Origin: Neophaeotheca triangularis
Taxonomy: Eukaryota
Assembly (NCBI GenBank): GCA_054600435.1
Contig: BAAIJX010000020.1
Location: forward strand, 124,001 to 188,000
Reading direction: 5' to 3'
Length of the DNA: 64,000 nt
Below are positions 35,073 through 46,420 of the stretch, piece after piece. Position 1 is the stretch's first letter; the number at the start of each line of letters is the position of its first letter. The position numbers were made by a program, and so were the translations under genes. The notes beneath the pieces were generated by a model. That model saw only the letters and a program-made list of their open reading frames with translations. It ran no database searches and was not told the DNA's origin.

Positions 35073-36536
35073 TCACAAGCTCTTCCCCCCCTTCTTCCCT
35101 GCCCCGACCCCATTCACGTCCCCATCCGACTTGCCCGTCTCCAAAGCCCTCGGACTCGTCAACCCCCCAAAACAAACCGCAGCAACGGCAACCATGCCCG
35201 CCCCGCCAAGCCCATAAGCCACCTCGCGGCCCGCCCACCAGTAAAGCGAGCAAAACCCCAACGGCCCCAACGCCCTTCCCACCTGCCCGAAACTGCGATG
35301 ATTCCCCAACTTCCCGCCTCGCTCCCCGTCGCCCGCTTCCAGCGAGCTGAGAGAGTTCAGACCCGTGACGACGGTGCTGGAAGTGATGGCGAGCAGGGTG
35401 GCGGCCGCGTAGAGTTCTTTTTGGGTCTCGAGGCGCGCGAGCAGGAAGAAGGCGAGGGCGGCCGAGGTTACGCCGAGTTGGATGTTGAGGAGGGGTTGCA
35501 GGCGTCGGGTTAGGGCGCCTTGGAGGAGGGAGGCTATTAGGCCGATGTAGCCGAGTAGTTTTCCTGAGTCGGCGCTGTTGTAGCCGAAGAGGTCGTAGGT
35601 CATGAAGGTGAGGCTGAATTCCATGCCGCTGAAGAAGAGGATGAAGGTTAGGTGGGTTAGGTTTAGGAGGGTGTGGGAGTTTGTGCGGACGTGGGTGGGA
35701 GTTGTGGTGGTTAGCGGTTTGGTGGTGGTGGTGGTCCCGTTGGCTGTGGGTTGGCTGCTGGGAAGCGTTTCAGGGAGGCGCAGGTAGAGGTAGATGGTTT
35801 CGGTGACTATGAGGAAGAGGGAGAAGCCGGCGGCCGTGGCGAAGGGGTTGGCGGCGACGGTCGTGACGTTGGCGAGGTAGGCGCCGAGTGCGGGCCCGAA
35901 AGTGAAGGCGATGCTGAAGCAGGCGCCGACGAGCGCCATGGTCTTGCCGCGGTCTTGGTCGCTGCTGATGTCGGTCGCAATGGCGAGAGCGAGCTGGACG
36001 TTGCCTTCGCTGAGACCCCCGACCACGCGGCTGGCGAGGAAAGTGCGGAAGTCCGTGGCCGCGCACCACAGCGCTACCGATGCGATGTTGCCCGCCATGC
36101 TCCAGAGGAGGGCGGTCCGCCGGCCGTACTTGTCGCTCAGTGTGCCGATTATGGGGCTTGCTATTGCTTGGCAGAAGGAGAAGAGCGAGCCCAGGGCTCC
36201 GCCCAGCAGCACGATGTCATAGCGGTCGTTGATGGGGCGGGAAAAGGAATTTTTGTAGGTATTGAGGCCGTAGAGGACGCGGGAGAGGACGGACGAATCG
36301 TCGCCGGTTTCGAGATTGCGGTAGAATTCGAGGAGTTTGGGGAAGAGGGGGAGGATGAAGGTGAAGGAGATCTGGAAGAGTGGGGAGGGAGTGTTAGTGT
36401 GGCTATTCTTTATGAGGGACAGGTGACAGCTGGGAGTGGAGGGGTGCTGGTATACCAAGTCTAGGAGCAAGGAGATGAACAGGACCTTGAGAACCTGCTT
36501 GCGGCGTTCAGGGGTTACTGGAGAGGCAGCTGCCAT
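35073..36536 (-). CDS. MFS transporter, tetracycline-transporter/MFSD10-like; in-frame intron 36455-36372
   Basis: GTLSDKYGRR motif A, RVVGGLSEGNVQ, FTFGPALG motif C, many hydrophobic segments. Confidence 0.88.
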   Translation of the reverse strand: MAAASPVTPERRKQVLKVLFISLLLDLVYQHPSTPSCHLSLIKNSHTNTPSPLFQISFTFILPLFPKLLEFYRNLETGDDSSVLSRVLYGLNTYKNSFSRPINDRYDIVLLGGALGSLFSFCQAIASPIIGTLSDKYGRRTALLWSMAGNIASVALWCAATDFRTFLASRVVGGLSEGNVQLALAIATDISSDQDRGKTMALVGACFSIAFTFGPALGAYLANVTTVAANPFATAAGFSLFLIVTETIYLYLRLPETLPSSQPTANGTTTTTKPLTTTTPTHVRTNSHTLLNLTHLTFILFFSGMEFSLTFMTYDLFGYNSADSGKLLGYIGLIASLLQGALTRRLQPLLNIQLGVTSAALAFFLLARLETQKELYAAATLLAITSSTVVTGLNSLSSLEAGDGERGGKLGNHRSFGQVGRALGPLGFCSLYWWAGREVAYGLGGAGMVAVAAVCFGGLTSPRALETGKSDGDVNGVGAGKKGGKSL

Positions 36537-36764
36537 GGTGAAGAAATTGGTGGAGGAATCAATCAATTAATCAATCAATCAATAAGGCTATTGCTCTGGT
36601 TGTACCAAGCGGTTAGCAGCAGCAGCAGCAGCGTAGGAAGAAGCATTTGAAACAGCACCCGACGTCTGAGAGAAGTTGAAAGCTACTGCAAGGTACGAGG
36701 TGTTGATATGATATCAGCGAGACCCGACGATCTGATGATCATGCCAGCTTTACAAATGCGACGG

Positions 36765-38098
36765 CCTCGGTTTGTTGGAGGAATTGATAGCGTCAGTGTG
36801 TAGAGTTGACTCGAAAATAACAATTACAATTACAATCGCATTAAAGTAATTGTTGTTGGTTAACAAAAGAAGGTTAGAGTTGAGTGAGAATGAGGGGACA
36901 TGATGGGCGATACCCGTGGACCTTGGGTTGGACCTTGGGTAATCATCAACCAACGATTAACCTAAAAGGTACTGTACTAGTAGTAGTACTACTAGTAGTA
37001 CTACTAGTAGTACTACTACCAGCCGAGGCTTTTTCTTCACCCGACTTGCCCGACAAACAAGACGCACGTGACATGTTGATACATGGACAGTAAGGTAGAC
37101 AGTAAGGTATGGTATAGATACTTGCGACAACTTCAATAATTTGACGTGAGTTGTTTTCCGGTTATTATTATCAGGCTTGACAATGACGACATGATCTAAA
37201 TAAACAATGAGGTGGCAGATGGCCATGTCCCGTCTGTTCCAGCTCTGGTCCTCTTCAAACATCCGATACCTCTTACCTGCCACCCTTGGTTTCAACCAGA
37301 CTCGCCCACCTTCTCGAACAAGGTGAAACTCGACACCTTGGCCCCTCTCGTCTCGTTACACTCTGCTTCATCTTTTTCGACATGCCAAATCTCGTTGACT
37401 GGCAATCTGTAACATCGTCTTGCCGACCTCTTCATGTTACGACGACCAATGAATAACCACCACTCTTCAAATAGCAAGCAAGCCTCGGGACCGAGGAAGG
37501 TATACGACAAACACAACATGCACAGTTAGATGCAGCACCCAATAATAATACCTTACTCAACAATACTCCTAATAACGACCACGTCGTTGTTGCGGGGCGT
37601 CCCTTGTCGATTTCATCAATCTTATACACGGCTTGGAACGTGCAAGGCAGGTGGATCCGGAATCGGCAAAAAGCGCAGCGCAGGGCGAAACCAACCACCC
37701 TCACTTCACCTCGATCAGACAATCACATGACCTCCTCGTGGTCGATGCTCTCGTTATGCCGGTCCCGCAGTGCTTCTCGTCAGATGCGCCTCTTCATTCC
37801 CGGTACGCGTCTTCTCGATCCCCTATGATCTATGCTCTACAAGGCCAAGGTTATCTCCGCATCCTAGACATGCTTGAAACGCATCCAAGCCATCTTTTCA
37901 CACTGACGATGCCACCTCGTCGGTCAATACGCATGCCAAGCTTCTACGCCATCCCGAGGCAAAGGTGTACGCCTTGACATTCGCAGCCGTGCCGACATGT
38001 ATCACCAGTAGCCTGACCTTCTCAAGGAGATTGAGCATGCGTGTAGACAGTGAGAGTGAGAGTGAGTGAGAGAGTGTGAGAGAGATACAGGACCTCGG
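36765..38098. promoter_or_regulatory. Cluster of six CCTCGG/CCGAGG (FarA/CTF1-type Zn2Cys6) sites upstream of cutinase
   Basis: Sites at 36765, 37023, 37483, 37491, 37954, 38093; 37483-37496 is an inverted pair CCTCGG-GA-CCGAGG. Confidence 0.65.
36980..37019. repeat. Perfect 40-bp palindrome built from TAGTAGTACTAC units
   Basis: GTAGTAGTACTACTAGTAGT|ACTACTAGTAGTACTACTAC is self-complementary about 36999/37000. Confidence 0.9.
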
Positions 38099-38353
38099 TC
38101 ATGACAGTCAGCTCGTCAGTACAGGGCCCTCCAGCATCTTCCAAAGACGTATAAGTAATACCCTCCTCTCCCATTCCAGAGCAAACCAGACAGAACCAAA
38201 CCACCAGCTCCCATCACAACCAGAACCAGTCCAGCACCGGCTTGCAAGACTTTTCTTCTTTACATTCATTCAGACTACATTCAAAACTACCTTCCTTCGC
38301 TTTCAAAACCACAGTCAATCTTTTCAACCAACCACCCAACCACCAACATCAAA

Positions 38354-39208
38354 ATGCAGTACACCGCACTCATCAGCCTGCTCCTCTCCGGCGCCCTGGC
38401 CGCGCCCCTCGTCGCCGACAACTCCAACCAGCTTCAAACCAGGCAATTCGGTGGCGGCCGTAACACCGAAACCGACGTCGAAGACGGCAAGTGCTCCGAC
38501 GTAACACTGATCTTCGCCCGCGGCTCCACCGAAGGCGGCAACATTGTAAGTTTCTCCCAAATCGACACCCCTCAAACCCCATCCAAGCAACCCTCACTGA
38601 CCTCCCACCCTCAGGGCTCCTCCGTCGGACCCCCAACTTGCTCGCAGCTCAAACGCCGCTTCAACAGCGTTTCCTGCCAGGGCGTCGGCGGCCCCTACGA
38701 CGCCCAGATCTTGACCAACAACCTGCGCCGCGGCACCACCCCCGCCGCCATCCAGGAGGGCGTGCGCCTCTTCGAGAAAGCCGCCAGCGACTGCCCCAAC
38801 ACCATCATGGTCGGCGGCGGCTACTCGCAAGGCGCAGCCCTCATGACTGGCGCCGTCCAAGACACCCCCGCCGACGTCAAGGCCCGCATCGCCGGCGCCG
38901 TCCTCTACGGCAACACGCAGAACCGCCAAAACAACGGCAAGATCCCCGACTACCCCGAGGATGACGCTCTTACTTTCTGCAACACGAGCGACGGCGTTTG
39001 CGGCGGCGCCCTGCTCGTCACCGCCGGCCACTTGACTTACACCGCCGATGTTGGCGACGCGGTCGACTTCCTCGAGGACCGCATCAACGCCGCGCAGAGC
39101 AGTGGTGCGGGTGCTTCTGCCGGTGAGGATGGCGAAGCCGCTGCCGACGAGGGCTCCGACGACTCTGGCAGCTCTTTTGGCAACTTTGGCAGCTGGTTCG
39201 GCAACTAA
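38354..39208 (+). CDS. Secreted cutinase (CE5); in-frame intron 38546-38614
   Basis: Signal peptide, IFARGSTE.GN.G, CQGVGGPYDA, GGYSQG catalytic Ser, FCNTSDGVC, AGHLTY. Confidence 0.95.
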   Translation: MQYTALISLLLSGALAAPLVADNSNQLQTRQFGGGRNTETDVEDGKCSDVTLIFARGSTEGGNIVSFSQIDTPQTPSKQPSLTSHPQGSSVGPPTCSQLKRRFNSVSCQGVGGPYDAQILTNNLRRGTTPAAIQEGVRLFEKAASDCPNTIMVGGGYSQGAALMTGAVQDTPADVKARIAGAVLYGNTQNRQNNGKIPDYPEDDALTFCNTSDGVCGGALLVTAGHLTYTADVGDAVDFLEDRINAAQSSGAGASAGEDGEAAADEGSDDSGSSFGNFGSWFGN

Positions 39209-39445
39209 GCGCTCGCTCAGCTTGGTGTTGGCAAAGACCAGCTAGGCGAGCTGAGAGTGTGAGCGGGTGTGGCCTGCAAAAGCTGGTCCAGTGGTTGCCT
39301 TCCGGGCATTGGATCTCTGGAAGATTTGGTGCTCTGGGTAGTGGTGGTGGGAGCGGTGGTGGAATTGGCGGCGATGCCGGCTTCTGTACAGTTACTTGCT
39401 TACTTTTACATATGACTTGTGCCATGGCAACTCCGCACCACTATG

Positions 39446-39557
39446 TCTTTCCTCTTCCTCTTCTTCTCCGTCCTTCTTCTCTCTCTCTCTCCTTCTCTCC
39501 CTCTCTCTCTCTCTCTCTCTATTAACTCTCTTTCTTTCTTTCCTTCCTTCCCTCCCT
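39446..39557. repeat. CT-rich polypyrimidine microsatellite
   Basis: (CT)n and (CCTT)n runs downstream of cutinase. Confidence 0.85.
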
Positions 39558-40053
39558 CACCAGCAATTTCCAACAGGTCCGCAGCCCCGTCTGGCATTTT
39601 CACACATTGACCTGAGCCCGCTATTGCGTGCAACACGGAAGGGGACATCTCCTCTAGACACTATGCAATCAAGGTATCATGGCTCATCAGAGGAGAATAC
39701 AAACCAAGAGCACCGGTGAATTTGGCATAGTCCCGCTTCTCGAAACCCAAAGGGACAAATCAAAGGTGACGAATGAAGTTCACCCGCTTTGTTGCCAAAA
39801 CAGGTGCCTCCCCTTTTTTTTTACAAGCTCGCATTGGCAATTACCGCCGAGCACGCACGCACAAGGGTATCGTTACATACACCACACGCTAGCGTGGATA
39901 GATACACAAGAGTCCCATCGCGCGCGTCTCACCTCCTCTCCTGCCGTGTAAAAACCCATACACTCAACAGCCCAGCTCAGCCCAACCCATCCACAACGGA
40001 AACTCACCTCCCTGCAAACACCCTCCTCCCGATCATCTCCTCCACCATAAAAC

Positions 40054-43000
40054 TCACCGCCCGAACCCAATAACCCCCCATCCCCTGACACCCCTCGCCT
40101 CCTCCAACTCCAGCACCCACCACAACGCCCTCTTAGCCCTATCCACCTGGCCCCCCGCCTCAAGCGCCCGCGCAAACCCCGCCCAAGCTTCCGAATCGTC
40201 CCAGCCAACTCCCAAACGCGTCAGATTCTGTAGAAGCATGTACGCTCTGTCGCGCGCGGCTAGCCGGTTGAGGAGAGCAGGGGAGGGGTCTTTGCGAGAA
40301 GAGGGATGGAGAGGGTTCTGTGGAGCGGGGTGTTGGGGGTTGGGGAGGATGGAGGGTGCCGGGGGTTCAATGGGGAGGGCGCGGTCGTATTGGTCTAGCA
40401 GGAGGGTGGAGAGGGAGGTGATGGCTTCGGGGTGGTCGGGGGAGTGGGCGAGGGCTTGTTCATAGTTTTCGAGCGCGAGGAAGGGGAGGTTGCGGGCTGT
40501 GCTTAGGTCGCCGCGCTGTGGGATGCGAGTCAGTGTGGGTGTTTTGTTTTATGTTTTATGTTTTATTTTTTGGGGGGGGGGGGGGGAAGGGGGTTGGTAG
40601 TTGCGGGCAGGGCACTTACGGCAGCCCAGACATCGCCCCAGAGCGCGTCGACGCCTTTTCCGCCTCCCCAACCTTTTTCGAAGAGGTGTTTGGCGCTTGA
40701 ATGCTCGGTTGCGATTTCAACCTCAAAGGCTTCGACGAGTTTGAAAGCTTCATCGACGGCGCCTTTTGCGTCGTCGAAGAGATCGGCGCGGAGATAGAGT
40801 CCGGCGATGAAAAGCCAGATTTCTACTAGCAGGCTGATCTTGTGTCGCCGTTCTTGCGCTGAAGGGAAGCAGGTTGATGGCCGTTCTGCGGAAGCTGGGT
40901 GAGGTGCTGGGAGGCGTACGTCCTGGCTCGGTGGTTGATCGTCGTGGCCTGTGGGGCGAGGAAGCTCCGAGTGAGGCATGTTGTGTTCTATCGATTTGAC
41001 ACGATGTTGCGAGTTTTCAATACCATCTGCGGACGTGCTGTTGGTGACGGCGGAGTTGATTGGCGCCAAATCGTTGGCATGATCATTTTCCAGGGGCTGA
41101 TTCGGAGGCTGAGTCTGCTCGGACATTGCAATGCTGCGGAGGTTTTCGTTGCTCTGCTTCAAATTGCCGGCTTCGCGGAAGTCACCTTGATGACCTCGCG
41201 TTCTGAAGGGCAAATGCGGATGACGATGGTGATGCCTTTCCCCTTTTGAATGAACGCCATCTTCATTAGTGACTGTAATAGCAATGGGTGCGCCATTAGC
41301 TTGACCATTGCCTTGTTCGAGCTTGCCATCCGATCCAGCGCTTAAGCGGGACGGCTGGTTAGGAGAGCCTGTAACGTTTCCATCTTGGCTGTTACGAGTA
41401 GATTTTGTCCCTCTGATGCTGCCAGCTAAGCTCCGTAGTCGCCCCCCCGTCTTCGGTGGCGCCATTGTAGTTGCTGTGGGTGGGGGCTTCGACGGCGTTT
41501 GCGACTGCTCCGTCTTACCAAACAATTTGGCATAGAGGCCCAGAAGCTCATCGCTCATGTCCACAGCAGCACCGGGGCCCTCCATCAGCTCAATCAAAGC
41601 CATCTGAGTCATCTTGACCTGCAATATACCCGCTTTCTCAAAGCCTTCCATCCAGTCTACTATGCCTTTGGAGCCTTTGGATGCGCTGTCTGCTTTTTCT
41701 GGGTTCGACGAAGTCTGAGCGGGCTGTCCGAATAGCACTGTGTGATCACCGAATTGTTCAAAAGCTGCCTCGCACATTTCGGCGGCAGTATCGTAATCAT
41801 CTTTGGCGCTACAGCACAACGCCAGCAGATGCCATAGAGGGACTAGTTGCCGCTCTCTGAAGTGTCCTGCTGCCGATTCGTCATCCACTGACTGACCAAC
41901 ATCTGCTGAGCGAGAAAGAGCACGCTTGAGCACACCAATAGCGCCACTCACATTGCGTGTCTCTGCCAGATTGACTGCTAGAGAATGAGCGGTGTCAAGA
42001 TCGACCGGGTCGTGACCCTCGGCTCTCCGCAAATACTTCAAGGCATCTGCTTGCAGCTCCGGTCGGGATTCGGCGTCGTAAGTCAATCGAGCCCAGTGTG
42101 CCTTGCTGATGCCAATCGCACGATAAGCGGCAGCCAATGTCGACGAGCGCATCTGAGACTCAGTAGGCAGATCAGAAGCATTGCCATCTTTCGGATTGTC
42201 CCTTGAGCTTGAGTTGGCTGTCTCGGTGGAATGTGGGCGGTTGTCACTCATCCATTTCTCGATGTTCCCGCTGATTACCATTGCTTTCTCTGCCTGCTCT
42301 CGATCGCCATACTTGCAGAGCACACGTATGGCCTCAGCGGCAGTCAGAAGAGCAGTGTCGTCGTCGTCGAATCCCAGTTCGTGTGTTCCAGTTTTCTCTG
42401 CTCGAGACTTGCCTCGGCTTACTATCTCGGAATAGCTGTCGAAAGCGTGCATGGCAAGGTCGAACTCTCCGAGCGAGGCGTGAACGGTAAAGAGCTGCCT
42501 GAGAATTGATGTCGAGTGGAATGTCTTTGTTGCCGCTCGGTACAGAATGTCGAGGACGGTTCTCGAGATTGACTCCTTGCCGCCAGCATCAATTTCAGCA
42601 TCGGTCCAGCCAATGCCGCCGAAAGCGTGCCAATTTGCAACCACTTGTTCCACCCATTCCTCGACTTCGCGGTTCGTTTCACTCGCTTTTGGAAACTGTG
42701 TCTCGTTGAGTAGCAACGATTCGTAAGTTTTTTCGATGCGCGCCAGCTCAGCCCGTTGCCGTGACTTGGTAGCGCTTAGCTCATTCTCTGGTATACATGA
42801 CGCAGACTGCACGAGCAGATCTTCGCTCGAGCTCGGTGATGGATTGTAGACTAGGCCATACTGCAGTATCGTTGACAGGATATCGTAGTATGCGCGCCAA
42901 ACACTTCTTCGCGGAATATCTAGTCGAGAGGTTGTCTGACCGCTACCGGATGATGGTGGTGGACTTCGTTGCCAAAAGTCTGCCCAGGACCTGTATGACT

Positions 43001-43731
43001 GGAGTGCATCGCTCATAGCGGCAATCGAACGGGATTGTCCAGCGTCAATGTGGTGGGTGCAAGACCGTGCGAACAGCCTCTCGGTCCATCGTCGCAGCTC
43101 TGGCGTTCTTGAGCTTGGCGTTTGCGACGCCGCAGTCCGATATATCGTCTTCGCGCCTTCCACATTCCCAATCGACTCCGAAGTAACTGCTGAGATGTAC
43201 ATTGCTTTTACTGTGCTGAGCTCCAGCAATCCCAGCGCGACCGTCTGCCCATCGCTGCTTTGGCTCTCTGGCACCGATTCGGGTAGAGCTTGCAAAGCCG
43301 CGCTATTATTCTCCTGCAGCCAATGTATCTCCGCCAAGCAGACTCTCGCAGCGTACGCGTCTTCTTGATGCCTAGTAACGGCGTCCGCTGCCTCCTGAAG
43401 TTTCGGGATGAGTTCGCCTAGGCTGTGAATCGACCCAGAAGCCGTTGAATTGGCAGATGTCGGGCGATGTGAGGAAGAAGCGATTTGAGCCTCGGCGCGG
43501 GCTGTGAGGGTGAGGCCTAAAGGCGGCGAGTTCAGCGTGTGTCTTGTGGAAGCCGTTCAGAGCTCTTCATGAATGATGTATCCTACATTTCCTGTCCGGC
43601 GCATGTTTATCCACCTTTCTCGCCAACTCTGGCACGTTTGCCCAGTTTCCATCGCAAAGTGCCTGATCCAGCTGCTGTATGTAACTGTTGCCCTTTGCTG
43701 CGTTGGGGGCTTTTGAGCCTACTACGCTCAT
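40054..43731 (-). CDS. YPP1: TPR protein Ypp1/Rhf1-like (PI4-kinase complex subunit); exons 43731-43587, 43516-40620, 40515-40054
   Basis: LDQALCDGNW..VPELARKVDKHAP, LYRAATKTFHS, WHLLAL, WDDSEAW, LWWVLELEE; two GT-AG introns keep frame. Confidence 0.8.
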
Positions 43732-44077
43732 GGTGTCGGGTGGAGCTCTCGTGTGAGCTGTGCTATAGGGCTATCATCCTATGTTGCAATGTCTGGCACT
43801 GCAATTATCGGCGGCGTATGAGGTACATGGAGCCCTTTTGCAAATTGCTGTCGTTGTCCAAATACAGCCTAACTTTGGCGTAGTTGTAGCTTGGGTAGGA
43901 GGTGATGTTCGAGCGGCGCTCTGCGATTGGCTGCGCAAGTGTGAAGGTGGTCAAAGCGCTAACTTTTCACCGACGTCGTGTGAACTGTTGGTGAACTTTT
44001 TCACGGCGCTTTGAATAGACAAGTACCACTTTTTCTGCATATCCAGCAAGGAGTCCGGCGGTTTGTGAGAAGCAAGC

Positions 44078-46420
44078 ATGGCCCAGAGAAATATGAGCAC
44101 CTCGGTGGCGACACTACGTTCGATCAACATCCGTTTAAATTCAACTTCGACCGAACAGCTTCCCCAGGCGGTGTCACACGCATCAGGCCTACTATGGAAT
44201 TGCAAGTATCTTCTCTCTTTGCCTGAGTCAAGTGGTAAGCGTGATGCTGAGGCCTCAACTGTCGCCCACCACTTCAAAACTCGCCTTTCAACGCTCCTCC
44301 AGGATCGCACCGTTGAAGGACGTTGGTCCGGCATTGTTCTCGTGAAGGCTGCCATCGAGGCTGGCGGCGTCGAGACACTCAGCAAGTCCAATGCCTGGAT
44401 CAGAGGTCTCCTCGGCATTCTAAAGAAGCGAAATGATCCGTCCACTATTCGGACCCTGACCATCATCACTCTCACTCGCATCTTTATGCTGACCTGGGAT
44501 TACTCTAACCTTGTCCGAGAGCTCACGACCCCGAGCTTGCCAGCTTTCATCTCCAATTGTTTAGTCTGCGCTGAGAATGCAAGGTGCTCAGATAGCGAGC
44601 TACAGACTGTTCTTGAAGCTTTCAAAACCTTGGTTCCCCGGCACCCTACGGTATTCCGAACCCACGAGTCTCAGATACGGTCCTTGATCGTAAGGATTAG
44701 CTCATCGTCGTCTTCTTTGACGGGCTCAAGACCAGCTCACTATTCCCGTACCCATCAACAGCTTGCTCAGAAGCTGTCGGTCGCACTGCATCACTGCAAG
44801 CCTAAGCAAGGTGCGAGCGAGCAATGGGAGTCAGCACTCAAAGCCGCAATTGGGGACATTCATGAAACTTGTGACCGCCTGTTTAGGTCAGTTCTTGAAG
44901 ACTGGAAGTCTACCACAGGCGTCCAGCGTTCAGCAACTACTCAGCAAGTAGCCAGAGGCGACCTCGAGCTGCCCAGCAATGCTACCCCTGGCAGCCTACC
45001 CGGATGGAAGGGTGTGTATGCTGGTACTGAAAGAGTGGTATCGTTGTTAGGGCAACTCCATGCACATATGAGCTCTGTGACTGATGGCGCAGTGACTGTT
45101 CGCATTGGGGCGATCATGGACATGCTCAGCAGACTGTTCAGCTTGACAGTGCCTCAGGCTGGAAGGCAGGAATTTGTCAAACCCCATCACGAGATTTCGA
45201 AAGACGAGCGGGAGGCGTTGTACACTCAAATTCCGACGATCCACAATGCAGCCCTTGAGCTTATCCTCGTCATTCTCGGCCGCTTCGGTGGTGCTATTGT
45301 CAGCGTGGTCCCAAGCCTGCTCAACCACATTGCTACAGTCTTCGCTGCCGAGAAGTGTAACATCAGTGTACGAACAGCAACGTATAGTGCACTTCACAGA
45401 ATCCTGGAGCTCGTTGGACCCAGCCTTCCAAAAGAAGATGTGACAAACTTCGCACCAATCATCAAAGCCTGCTGCAGCGACCTCCTCCCCATCGACGAGC
45501 CCAAAGAGCATCCGAGCCTCGTCAATGGCATCACTGTGAAGCCCAGTGCAGACAGCAGCGCTTCGAACCACACCGCCAAGCCCACCGCTTTCCCAGAGCT
45601 GAAAGCCGCAGCTTCGGCGCTCCTACGTGTGGCTCTCGCAAAGCTGAATTCTAAATGCATTCCCAAGGCTCTTAGGGCTCATATGGACCGCACCGCAGTG
45701 CTCGCGCGAGAGAAAAACGCTCTTGTAGCGAGTGTGCTCAACCCACCAACTTCCGCGAGCCAGGGCACCGTGCAGCCTAGCTTGCTGCCTATCCTGGCTC
45801 GGCTATTTCCGCACGACGCCAAGGTCGAAGCACTGCTTAGACCGCGAATGCCGGTGATTAGGACAGGCAGAAGCAAAGACGCGGATCAAGAAGACGAAAC
45901 CGACGGATACGAAGAAGAAGAGCAGGAGGCAGAAACAGCGGAACGAGACGATGACCAGTACCCATCGCCGGATGCAGAAACTACTCAGCAAGCAAAGAGC
46001 AACCTCTTCAACCCCATCGAAGTCCATACTACTGCCCCCATACCGCAGAACAACAGTTCCGCTTCCACCACAAGCAAACGCCCCGCCGACCCCTCAACCT
46101 CAGAAACCAGCACTTCAGCGAAACGCCTCCGTGCCTCGCCCGTCGCGGAAACCCTTTTACCTCAGCAGGCATTCGACCTCCCAGGCCCTGACCCGGTGAC
46201 CGTTTCAGCTGGCTTACCCGGTACGGTGGCTGTTGAAGAGCAGACTGTAACGATGCCGCCGGAGCCCGCTGAGAGTTCGAAAAGTTCTGGTGCTGCTAGT
46301 TCTGCTGCGCCTACGGCTGCGGCGGCTGAGATGGAGCTGGATGATAGTGATTTGGGGAGTGATTTCGAGATGCCGACTTTGACTATGGGGACCGACAGTG
46401 AGGATGAAGGGGAGGAATAG
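44078..46420 (+). CDS. RIX1: Pre-rRNA-processing protein Rix1 (PELP1-like)
   Basis: 780-aa ORF; GRWSGIVLVKA, LVRELTTPSLPAFI, HPTVFR, EALLRPRMPVI, acidic C-terminus. Confidence 0.88.
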   Translation: MAQRNMSTSVATLRSINIRLNSTSTEQLPQAVSHASGLLWNCKYLLSLPESSGKRDAEASTVAHHFKTRLSTLLQDRTVEGRWSGIVLVKAAIEAGGVETLSKSNAWIRGLLGILKKRNDPSTIRTLTIITLTRIFMLTWDYSNLVRELTTPSLPAFISNCLVCAENARCSDSELQTVLEAFKTLVPRHPTVFRTHESQIRSLIVRISSSSSSLTGSRPAHYSRTHQQLAQKLSVALHHCKPKQGASEQWESALKAAIGDIHETCDRLFRSVLEDWKSTTGVQRSATTQQVARGDLELPSNATPGSLPGWKGVYAGTERVVSLLGQLHAHMSSVTDGAVTVRIGAIMDMLSRLFSLTVPQAGRQEFVKPHHEISKDEREALYTQIPTIHNAALELILVILGRFGGAIVSVVPSLLNHIATVFAAEKCNISVRTATYSALHRILELVGPSLPKEDVTNFAPIIKACCSDLLPIDEPKEHPSLVNGITVKPSADSSASNHTAKPTAFPELKAAASALLRVALAKLNSKCIPKALRAHMDRTAVLAREKNALVASVLNPPTSASQGTVQPSLLPILARLFPHDAKVEALLRPRMPVIRTGRSKDADQEDETDGYEEEEQEAETAERDDDQYPSPDAETTQQAKSNLFNPIEVHTTAPIPQNNSSASTTSKRPADPSTSETSTSAKRLRASPVAETLLPQQAFDLPGPDPVTVSAGLPGTVAVEEQTVTMPPEPAESSKSSGAASSAAPTAAAAEMELDDSDLGSDFEMPTLTMGTDSEDEGEE

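Noticed and set aside
40572..40597. G15 run and G tracts
   Set aside because: Lies in YPP1 intron 2; simple homopolymer with no evidence of function.
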